Source: Octopus sinensis
Taxonomy: Eukaryota
Length of the DNA stretch: 64,000 nucleotides
Assembly (NCBI RefSeq): GCF_006345805.1
Contig: NC_043005.1
Span: 58,466,001 to 58,530,000, forward strand
Direction of reading: 5' to 3'
Under the pieces are notes generated by a model that worked only from the letters and a program-made list of their open reading frames with translations, was not told where the DNA came from and did no database searches. Numbering within the stretch: the first letter of the stretch is position 1; every line of letters begins with the position of its first letter. Made by a program: the position numbers and the translations under genes. Shown piece by piece: positions 53,255 to 64,000 of the stretch.

Positions 53255-53998
53255 TCATTACCTATATTCCTGTCTTCAACTGCATTGTTTGCATGGATGT
53301 ATTGGAAAACGAAACATCGTAGCTTTCAGTGACAACTCTAATTTCTATAGAAAATCTGTTGAGATAACTTTAAAAAGTGATATATAAGTTGAATGCATCA
53401 GTTTAAGATAATGAACTATTAATCGACAGTACAGTGTAATACTATACACGGTTTGCAGTAGTCATCAGTGTAACTCTGTGGAATGGCAACTACTTACAGT
53501 TTGGTTTAATGGACAGTTCAGAGTTAAGTATCTTAATAATGGAAACAGCCAGTGTCAACGTGTGATTTACTGACCTTTTGAAATGGCAGTCTGACACCTT
53601 GTTGTCTCAACTAGTTACACATTGCTCTCCCCCTCTCTGCATTTTATCAATCTATCACTATATATCATACTTACATGTGTGTGAGTGTGTGTATGTAGGA
53701 TTGATGATGTGCGTGGGTGTGTGTGTGAGGGGGGTGTATCTATCTATCTATATATGTATGCATGTATATACACAGATACATGTTATATTTGTGTTATATG
53801 TGTAAACATGTATAAAAATATACACACAAGTGTAGATGTATGGCTAAGAAGCTTGCTTCCCAACCATGTGGTCTTGAGTTCAGTCCAACTTTATGGCACC
53901 CCAGGCAAATATCTTATAATATAGTCCCTGGGTGACTTATTCCTTGTGAGTGGATTTAGTCAGCAGAAACTGAAAGAAGCCTGTTGTGTATGTGCATG

Positions 53999-54064
<66 letters not shown>

Positions 54065-54078
54065 TGTACATACATATG

Positions 54079-54122
<44 letters not shown>

Positions 54123-54490
54123 CGTACATACATACATACATACACACATACATACATGCATACACACACACATACACACACACACATATGTTCATGTACA
54201 TGTTTGTGTGCAGGCATATTTGTATGTTCTGTGTTTATATATGTGTATACACTCTTTACTCTTTTACTCTTTTACCTGTTTCAGTCATTTGACTGTGGCT
54301 ATGCTGGAGCACCACCTTTAGTTGAGCAAATCAGCCCCAGGACTTATTCTTTGTAAGCCTAGTACTTATTCTATCGTTCTCTTTTGCCGAAGTGCTAAGA
54401 TACGGGAATGTAAACATACCAGCATCGGTTGTCAAGCGATGTTGGGTGGGAGACAAACACAGACACACAAACATATACACACACACATAA

Positions 54491-54587
<97 letters not shown>

Positions 54588-54978
54588 GTTCACACATATA
54601 TATATGACAAGCTTGTTTCAGTTTCCATCTACCAAATCCACTCACAAGGCTTTGGTCGGCCTGAGGCTGTAGTAGAAGACACTTGCCCAAGGTGCCTCAC
54701 AGTGGGGCTGAACCAAGAACCATGTTGTTCGTAAGCAAGCTACTTACCACACAGCCATTCCTATATATGCACACCCACACATACGTGCACACACACACAC
54801 ACATGCTGAAGCCAACCAGACACACACATTTAATTGAAAATTTTTTGTTAACCTGAGACCAAACCCTGAATACTTTCTTGCATCTTAAGGCAGCTTTACG
54901 TTCTGCAAATTGGCAGTGTCATTAGAGCATTGGGATAGAATGCCTTGTGGAAAGCCTTGTGTTCTGAGTTGAAATACC

Positions 54979-55214
54979 TATTTCTTTACTACCCGCAAGG
55001 GGCTAATCACAGAGGGGACAAACAAGGACAGACAAATGGATTAAGTCGATTATATCGAACCCAGTGTGTAACTGGTACTTATTCAATCGACCCTGAAAGG
55101 ATGAGAGGCGAAGTCGACCTCGGCGGAATTTGAACTCAGAACGTAACGGCAGACGAAACACCACTAAGCGTTTCAGCTGGCATGCAAACGATTCTGCCAG
55201 CTTGCCGCTATCTA
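54979..55214 (-). mobile_element. SINE family B nested in an older family B copy
   Basis: Perfect 12-bp TSD AGTTGAAATACC at 54967-54978 and 55215-55226. Confidence 0.88.
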
Positions 55215-56295
55215 AGTTGAAATACCACTGAAGTCCACTTTGACTTTCATCCTTTCAGAGTTGATAAAATAGGTGCTGGATTGGCAAAACTTTTTAGGGC
55301 ATTAGACCAAATGTCTTGCAGTATTTGTCCTGGCCTTTTGAATTCTTGTAGCACTGTCTGTAATGTCACTAGTGCCAAGCTGTATTCACCCTGAAATAGC
55401 AGCCTTTCTCTTGGATAACTTTGGTGATATGAAACAATGACTTGCATGCATGGATAACAACCAGTCTTCCCTAAACACAAAGAATAAAGAAAAATTATAA
55501 TCCAGGCCTTTGCTCATAGATGCTGATCTATGGTAAGCCCTCGCCAAACTCAATGAAACATTCTAATTATCATTACTTTCATAATGTTGGTGACCTGGTA
55601 GAAGCTTTAGTATATCAGAAAAAAATGCTAAATGGCATTTATTCCAGCTCTTTACTTTCTGAGTTCAAATTCCACTGAGGTCAACTTTGCCTTTAAGCTT
55701 TTTGGGGCTGATAAAATATGTACCAGTTCGGCACTGAGGTCAACGTAAATTGGCTAATCCCAAAATTTCAGGCCTTGTGCTTATAGTGGAAATGATTATC
55801 ACTACTTTCATTATCATCATTACCCCCACCTCCACCCCCACCACCACCACTGCCGCAGTCTGGTTTAGCATGGCCTCTACAGTTGGATACCCTTCCTGAC
55901 ACCAACCACTTTACAAGGTATACCAGGTGCTTTCTTCATGGTACCGGTGTTAGTGAGGTACTCACAGAACAAGAACCGTCAACTGAGCTGGGAGTTGGAT
56001 ATAGTTTCAAAGGATATGAAAGTGTGATAGAGGGACAGGAACAGGTGTCTTGCTGAAGAGGTGAATGCATGACTTCTCCTTAGTTGGAAGAGAGAGGGAG
56101 AGAGAGAGAGAGAGAATGAGGGTGTACTTTCAAAGTACAAGGTGAATGTGAGAGAAGAGAAAGGTATAAGATTAGAAAACAAAGATTGGCCCTTCTTTTG
56201 TTTGTTGGTCTTCTGTATGTGTAGGAAGAAACCTTTTAAAGGCTTTTGCTAACACATCATTTCTTATGTTTTATTAATGCTTTATTAATTTCTAA

Positions 56296-56612
56296 TCTGT
56301 TTGATTAATGACTGAAGAGCTTTTGATGATAGGCTGTAAATCAGTTTGATCATAGATTAGTTTTATCTTGAATTAGTTTGATTGCAGATCAGTTCATTAA
56401 ATGATTAGAAGGCCTTTGATCATAGGTCTCTTTGATTAATGAATGGAATGACTTTGAGCATAGATTTACTTGATTATTGACTGGAAGTACTTTGATCATG
56501 AGTCTGTTTGATTAATGACTGGAAAACTTTTGATCATAGACCTGTTTGATTAATGCTTGGAATGGTCTTGTTCATAAGTTTTTTTCTTTAATGACTGGAA
56601 TGTCCTTGATCC
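56296..56612. repeat. Degenerate 38-bp minisatellite
   Basis: Units resembling TCTGTTTGATTAATGACTGGAAAACTTTTGATCATAGA; five regular units in 56424-56612. Confidence 0.75.
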
Positions 56613-56795
56613 TCGGAGCTGGCCTTGTAAACAACAACTGACCAAGGTGACTGTAGAACATTTTGACTTTGGCCAATTGTTCAAACTTATACACCATTGA
56701 CACTGCAGCTAACCAAACCAAACAGGACCAAACCAAGCAAGTGTTATCTTTTCAGTAGCGAATGGAAACTTCCCTTAAAATAAACAGGTCCTTAA

Positions 56796-57016
56796 CCCTT
56801 TCGTTACTGTATTTATTTTGAGATGCTCTGTGTTTCTTTCAATTATTTCAAATATAACAAAGAATTTAGTAAAATAACTTAGTTATCATTAAGCTAGTGT
56901 TAGGAACATAAATTGTGACTAAGGTTTGGTGGAAGATTTGAATTCAAAACTTATGAAAACAAGACATTTGTACAACAGAGCCAGAGCCGGTTTCAACCGG
57001 GTTTGTAACAAAAGGG
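56796..57016. mobile_element. piggyBac-like MITE (221 bp)
   Basis: TTAA at 56792-56795 and 57017-57020; TIRs CCCTTTCGTTAC / GTAACAAAAGGG. Confidence 0.8.
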
Positions 57017-59440
57017 TTAAGTGATCTAATAACTTCAAAGGTGGTTTTTTTTTCTGTCAGACATATTTTGTTTTCACAGTAGATATCTCATTGTCATTGT
57101 TGTATAAATCCATGTCATGCCAGATAGATTTTTATGTATTGGTCAGTTGCAATTATCTCTTTCATTGTGTATGTCTCAGTAAAGTAAACGCTTCCCTGTC
57201 ACTTTCAATGATGGAGTTTTCATGTGTCTGATAACTTCATTTAGCCCTATTTGTTGAATTAGTGTGTTGGTGGTTGAATATTCCGTAAATGCTTGTACCA
57301 TTAACATGTAATTCTCTAGAAGAATCAGCATGTCATGACATAGAACATGACAAAGCTGTATCTATGAATAACAATGAACAATTCTAACAAATGGACTCCT
57401 GTATAGTTCTTGTTTAAATTAGTCTCATTATTAGAGTTTGGTCAACCTAAGGCTATTCTAGAAGACACTTGCTCGAGGTGCCTCACAGTGGGTTTGTTCT
57501 TGAAACCTTGTAATTTCAAAGCAAGCACCTTAACCAGTCAGCCATGCTGCATCCTTCTCAAGTCTATAGACTTAATAAAGCTGGTTTCTTGGATTCTCTG
57601 GTGTATATACTCTCCCCTCGATGGGGGACCTGTCTGTCGCAGGAATACTAAATTTTGCCAGTAGAGTGGTCTGGAGCAATTGGAAATGAAGTGTTTTGCT
57701 TCAAGCCCCAATACATTGTCTGGTCCAGAAATCGAAACTAAATTCTTACAATCATGAGTCTAACACCTTAACCACTAAGCCACATTCACCATATTCATCC
57801 TTCTTGGTAAGGTGTGACTTGGGGAGAAAATTAACTGCTATTTCTAGCAGTGCAAGAAAACAGGTAGAAGCTCCCTCAGTGGCCCTCATATATTGAAGCT
57901 ACCCAGATGGTGGCAGGAGAAGGGAGAAGAAAAAAGACAAGGTAAAAGCAAAGAGAAAAGAAAAGAAAAGGAGGTATGAATTAAATGATGCTTTCTGTTC
58001 TATTGATGAAACAAATTAATTTATCAAATTCAAATTAATGATGTTAACGAGTGGTTCTCTGTGAGTCTATTTTCATGAAAAGTTTAATAGCAAACTAGCA
58101 AGTCATTGTCAAAATTTACATATGTTTAACGAGGCATAGCTTCTCACCTGTGACACACTATCTGTTCAAACGACTGAATATTTATAATGGCCATTCCATT
58201 TGTTTTGCCAAGAATTCACTGATGAAATTATCGTAGCTTCAGTGGTTTGTCACAGCTGACATTTTCTTCTCACTTATAATGTCTTCCATATAGTCTAGTT
58301 AAGGGAAGGGAAAAACAAGAACAAACACACATGTGCATGAGCCTGCACATGTGCACACAATGCACACATATGCACATACACATACACGTGCACACATACA
58401 CACGCACACACACACACAACCACACAAAAACAAAGAATGCTAGACATATAAAGATGGTTTATTCTGTAACTCTTCCTCAACTGTTTGCATAATCATATTC
58501 TCTCCGTTCAATGGCAAATTATTGAACTATAATTGTACTCTAGAAATTAGGCATACATCATTTTTCCTCCACCCTTGCTATTTCTGCTCCTTGTCTTCAC
58601 TACAACCACCAAAATTATGACATCTACCTACCTACCTACCTAGCTAGCAACTGAACAACCTACTGACCTACCATGCCTCCCTCCCCTTCTTCTCTCCCTA
58701 CCCATCTGTTTACTTACCTCATGACCTATCTAACCAAAGAACTTACGTATCTACATAGCTAGCTAATATCCTACCTACGCACATATGTATCTGTGTACCT
58801 ATATACCTACCTATCTATTTAATCTATCCATCTGTCTATCTATTGTTTTAACCTTCATGTCTCACATAATACACAATTAACCAAAAGGAATATATATATA
58901 TATATATATAGGAGATAAATAAAAATATATGCATACATACAAACATATATGTACGTACCTACATCTACATGTATATATACATGCATATATAAATAATTAT
59001 ACGGAAGTACAGGACATCACAATAAGACGTAGAAACAGAAAAAGCCAAAAAACAAAAAACAAGAAAACGGAAAACGAAAAACAAATACAGGACAGGTTAC
59101 ACAGACAAAACCCCCGTCATCAGCTGTCGCTAGAGGAGTCAGGCATGTTTCGAAGGCATAACAGAACACTAATCCAATAGGCCTCCTGCGAGAGAATTAA
59201 AATTAAAATTCAAGCAGCGGGGCACAATGAGTACGAACACAAACAAGACGTAACAATAAGACTGCAAAATTAAAATACATGTACAAAAACAAACACAAGA
59301 GGACGAACGAAAAAGCCTTTTTTCTGGCATAGACAAACAATAAAACTGCAAAAATAAAAATACATGTACAAAAAGTACAATTAGTTACAAAACGAGAAAA
59401 AAACAAGAATACTATACAGGAAATTAACATATAATATATA

Positions 59441-59515
<75 letters not shown>

Positions 59516-59890
59516 GTGTGTGTGTGTGTGTAAAATTCTTATATATATATATATATATATATTCATATATATATTCATAGACTGTATATTCATAGACTGA
59601 AAATGAAAGATCAGCAAAGTCATTTAATCTCCGACAGTTACATAACAGCATTGACTGACTGAGCGGTAAGATGCTTGCTTCCCAACTACCTGGTTGAATG
59701 AGAGTGAACTTTAAGCAAGTCACTCCTGTAATAGCTTTGGGATCACAAAACCTTGTGAGTGGATTTGATAGATAGAAACTGTAAGAAGCCCATCATATAT
59801 ATATATAATATATATATATATATGGGGAGAGTTCATGAAAAAAACAAAAGATGAAGACCGGTGGTGTAGACAACAAACAAATGTATTAGT

Positions 59891-60276
59891 GGATGGAAGC
59901 ACTCCGTCGGTTACGACGACGAGGGTTCCGGTTGATCCGAATCAACGGAACAGCCTGCTCGTGAAATTAACGTGTAAGTGGCTGAGCACTCCACAGACAC
60001 GAGTACCCTAAACGTAGTTCTCGGGGATATTCAGCGTGACACAGAGAGTGACAAGGCCGGCCCTTTGAAATACAGGTACAACAGAAACAGGAAGTAAGAG
60101 TGAGAGAAAGTTGTGGTGAAAGAGTACAGCAGGGATCACCACCATCCCCTGCCGAAGCCTCGTGGAGCTTTAGATGTTTTTGCTCAATAAACACTCACAA
60201 CGCCCGGTCTGGGAATCGAAACCGCGATCCTATGACCGCAAGTCTGCTGCCCTAACCACTGGGCCATTGCGCCTCC
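59891..60276 (-). mobile_element. Young full-length SINE family D, tail type 4
   Basis: Perfect 14-bp TSD ACAAATGTATTAGT at 59877-59890 and 60277-60290; CpG-rich; tail ...GGAACCCTCGTCGTCGTAACCGACGGAGTGC. Confidence 0.92.
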
Positions 60277-61158
60277 ACAAATGTATTAGTATAACGCTCA
60301 GGAATAGAAAAAGTCTTTTATGTTTTGAGCCTACGCTCTTCCACAGAAAGGGACACAGACAAAAAATAAGGAGAGAAAAAAAATGTGTGTAGTGGCTACC
60401 GATCTATCATGGCAACTGCCGGACAGAAGGGTCACACAGGAGAGTGAAGAAGTAAGGGAGATAATGAAGTAAAGCGACCCCCCCCAAATATGTAAAAATA
60501 TATATGGGTGTGTGTCTTTGTATGTGTTTGTGTGTGTGTGTGTGTGTGTATGTGCATGCATGTGTGAATGTGTGCATGTGCATGCGTGTGTGTGTATGTG
60601 TGTTTGTGTGTGTTTGTGTCTGTGTTTGTCCCTTTACCAGTGCTTCACAACCAGTGTTAGTATGTTCACATCCCCATAAGTTAGGAGTTTTGTAAAAAAG
60701 ACCGATAGATCAAATACCTGGCTTAAAAAATAATCAGCACTGGGGTTGATTTGTTCAATTGAAATCCTTCAAGGCGGTGTCACAGCATGGTCCAATCTAA
60801 TGACTGATACAAGTGAAAGATAACACATATTCTATAGTACAGAACAGCATTTTAAAATAACACTGGTTACACATTCGTAATTTATTGACAAACCAATAAA
60901 ACTAGCTACCAGAAATGCATTGTAATATGCTAATCAATCAATCCCATTTACATAAGCCCTCAGTGATAGTGTATTTGCAATCAGTGTCCTTATGAGTTCA
61001 GATGGTTCTCTGCCATCGATGAAATCGCAACAGGATTTTAAAAAATATATTGCTTATTCTTTTTTACTGTCCATGATGATATTGCATAGTCATAAAATGT
61101 GTATATGACAGTAAATATATAATATGATACATCCATACATGTATATGCTTCTTCATGC

Positions 61159-61200
<42 letters not shown>

Positions 61201-61427
61201 CATATGTATGTTTGCACATACACATATACATATGTATGTTTGCATGTTTGTGTATTTAGATTACTGCAGATATACACAAACACAAAAACAGATACACACA
61301 TACAGACATCCATCATACATAAGCAATTATGTACACACACATATGCACATATATATGTAAATATATACATACATATATAAGCCATAAGTAGTTGCAACAG
61401 TTTCCAGTCAAACTCCCATATATATAT

Positions 61428-61470
<43 letters not shown>

Positions 61471-61569
61471 TATATAGATATATATATATATATATATATG
61501 ATATATATATAATATATAATATATATATGCATGTATACATACATATATATACATACTTAGATCTATACG

Positions 61570-61600
<31 letters not shown>

Positions 61601-61602
<2 letters not shown>

Positions 61603-62624
61603 GTGGGCACAGGACGTCACAAAGTTTGTACAACAAAAAAATATGAAGTACAAGTATATGGAATATGAGCTACTTTTTTTTGAATAATGAAAGACAAAAT
61701 GGAAAATAAGACAAACAATATAAAGAACAACCCTTCATAAGTTGTTGACTGCTTTTCTACTCTTGTATTTCGAGCATTTAACAAAAATATATGCTTTCAA
61801 TAAAACAGTTGCTCCCGCAAAGCAAATTAAATACAGTTTGGGATTTTGTAGAGGGTCAATGCATATATATATATATATATGTATAGATGTAAGTATGTAC
61901 ATATACATATATATGAATATATACATATATACATATGTATATATGCATATATACATACATACATATATATATGTATATTATTTATATTATTATATGATTG
62001 AATGCAACGCATCCTCTTCCAAGTAAGTTTTATCTTAGTAATTCTGATGCACACTCTATACGATATTTTTACTCTTTCGTTTTTCTCTCTTATTCTTTTA
62101 CCTCCTCTTCTCCCACTATTCTATCCTATTACTCTGTCAGCCGCTGTCCCTCATTCCTCCTCCCTTGCTCATGCATCTCCCATGTTATCTTCGGCCATCT
62201 TTCTTTCTTCTCCTAACTTGTGTTTCTTTCTTTCTCTCTGTTGTAGCTGGAACAAGGAAGACGTGTTCTTGTCTGTCTCCTGTCCAAGCTTGACTTATGC
62301 ATTCACCACCACAACCTCGTTTAGGTTTAGAAGCTCTTCCTGTTTGTTTTTACTGTCCTGTTTGTGTTACCAATTTTGACCCTCTGCAAAATCCGAAATT
62401 TTATTTAATTTCCTTTACGGAAGCAACTGTTTTATAGAAAGCATATATTGTTGTTAAATGCTCGAAATACAAAAGTAGAAAAACAGCCAACAACTGATGA
62501 AGGGTTGTTCTTTATGTTGTTTGTCTTGTTTTCCATTTGTGTCTTTCATTGTTCAAAAAATTAGTTCATATTCCATGTTCTCATACTTTGTATTTTTTTG
62601 TCTTGTGACATCCTGTTCCCACAT
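61601..62624. repeat. Long fold-back: about 255-bp inverted arms, PLE-terminus-like
   Basis: 61601-61860 is a diverged reverse complement of 62376-62624; 515-bp spacer of microsatellite plus element-body-like sequence. Confidence 0.85.
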
Positions 62625-62627
62625 ACG

Positions 62628-62667
<40 letters not shown>

Positions 62668-62688
62668 ATATACACGTATAGATATAAG

Positions 62689-62729
<41 letters not shown>

Positions 62730-63378
62730 GTATAGATATAAGTATGTACATATACTATGTATTTATGCATATATATATATTATTTATATTATATATATAT
62801 ACACACAACAACAACATATATATATATACTTATGTGTGTGTATATATATGCATATATGTATGTATATGTATATATATGTATATATATGTATATATATATA
62901 TATATGTATATATATACACACACATATATATGTATATATATGTTTGTATACATATATTATACGTATGTACAAATGTGTTTATATTCACAAACACACACAC
63001 ATGTGCACACACACACACACACACAGACCCCCATTAACAAAATGCATATCGTGTATATAGTATTCTGAGTCAGTATAATAGCGAAGTTAATTAAATCAGA
63101 ATCAGCTACAGTTTGTGTTTTTGGAATTTATAGATTTGTGTAAAATATTAAAAAAAAAAAATTGTGAAAGGAGAAATGAAATGTTATCAAAAGTTATACA
63201 AATCACAGTATGGCATGATGATTATTCTAGTTTCATTATCAGAACTGTGTACAAAAGAATGATAAATCTGAAATCTCATGCCAGCAATATGAAAATTCCA
63301 AAACTTATAGTACCGTGGTAACTAACTTTTATCACATATTGTCTACTGAAAATTATTAAAAAATAAATGTAACATAGT

Positions 63379-63690
63379 GGAGGCGCAATGGCCCAGTGGT
63401 TAGGGCAGCGGACTCGCAGTCGGCGGATCATGGTTTTGATTCTCAGACTGGGCGTTGTGCGTTTTTATTGAGCGAAAACAACTAAAGCTCCATGAGGCTC
63501 TGGCAGTGGGTGCTGGCGACCCCTGTTGTGCTCTTTTGCCCCGACTTTCTCTCACTCTCTCTTCCTGTTTTTTGAGTAATGCTGTGATGGACTGGTGTCC
63601 CATCCAGGGGGAAACATATACGATACAGAAACTGGGAAACCAGGCCCATGAGCCTGGCTAGGCTTGAAAAGGGCGCATAAATAAATAAAA
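63379..63690 (+). mobile_element. SINE family D, tail type 3
   Basis: Head and tail as in 46242-46561. Confidence 0.85.
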
Positions 63691-63705
63691 ATTGTAGCAT
63701 GTGTC

Positions 63706-63736
<31 letters not shown>

Positions 63737-64000
63737 TGTATGTATGTATGTACGTACGTACGTACGTACGTACGCATGCACGCACGCATGCATGTATTGA
63801 GTCAGGAGGTGTGACAGATGAATATATGCTTATGGTACAATGTGACATCCACAAGATTATGGCTGTTTTGCAACCTTGTTCATGGAAAAAGAATTCCAGT
63901 GCGCAAGAAATTATGTATACATATTTGCATTATGTATGCTCGGCATAATACTACTCACTCATATATGTATGCATGCCCGTATGGATGCATGCATGTATGT

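Noticed and set aside
37131-56612. CRISPR-like arrays at the 25-bp and 38-bp repeats
   Set aside because: Units are contiguous without unique spacers, and the context is eukaryotic.
60965-61110. DSVFAIS... frame resembling the expected ESVFTI motif
   Set aside because: Wrong phase, upstream stop and no further similarity.
20860-63450. tRNA-like heads as tRNA genes
   Set aside because: No acceptor stem; each continues into a SINE body with a tail or TSD.
2497-63948. Dozens of YI/HT/CV-repeat ORFs in the ORF track
   Set aside because: They are translations of (TA)n, (CA)n, (TG)n and (TATG)n microsatellites.

Overview
AT-rich, microsatellite-dense eukaryotic DNA. The SINE repertoire and (TA)n/(CA)n/(TATG)n load point to an octopod cephalopod (inference). 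The only host-gene signal I can support is three small in-phase + strand exons (2447-2566, 12316-12424, 23500-23615). They splice into 115 aa resembling the ciliary protein CFAP65/CCDC108 (match from my recall of the human protein, not a search). No further exon was recognised in the last 40 kb. The rest is intron-like and filled with mobile-element relics: several tRNA-derived SINE families (labelled A-E here), one full-length and three partial Tc1/mariner elements, MITEs, and fragments of R4/Dong-like, Tx1/L1-like, Penelope-like (PLE), pogo-like and Helitron-like elements. There is one 100-N gap. Nearly all ORF-track entries are microsatellite translations. The most unusual signal is a set of fold-back (inverted-dimer) insertions, mostly with 3' ends facing outward. 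One holds a complete type I hammerhead ribozyme directly behind its own antisense copy (42531-42695). Another is a head-to-head SINE palindrome inside a single target-site duplication (24249-24695). All family names are tentative and all alignments were done by eye.
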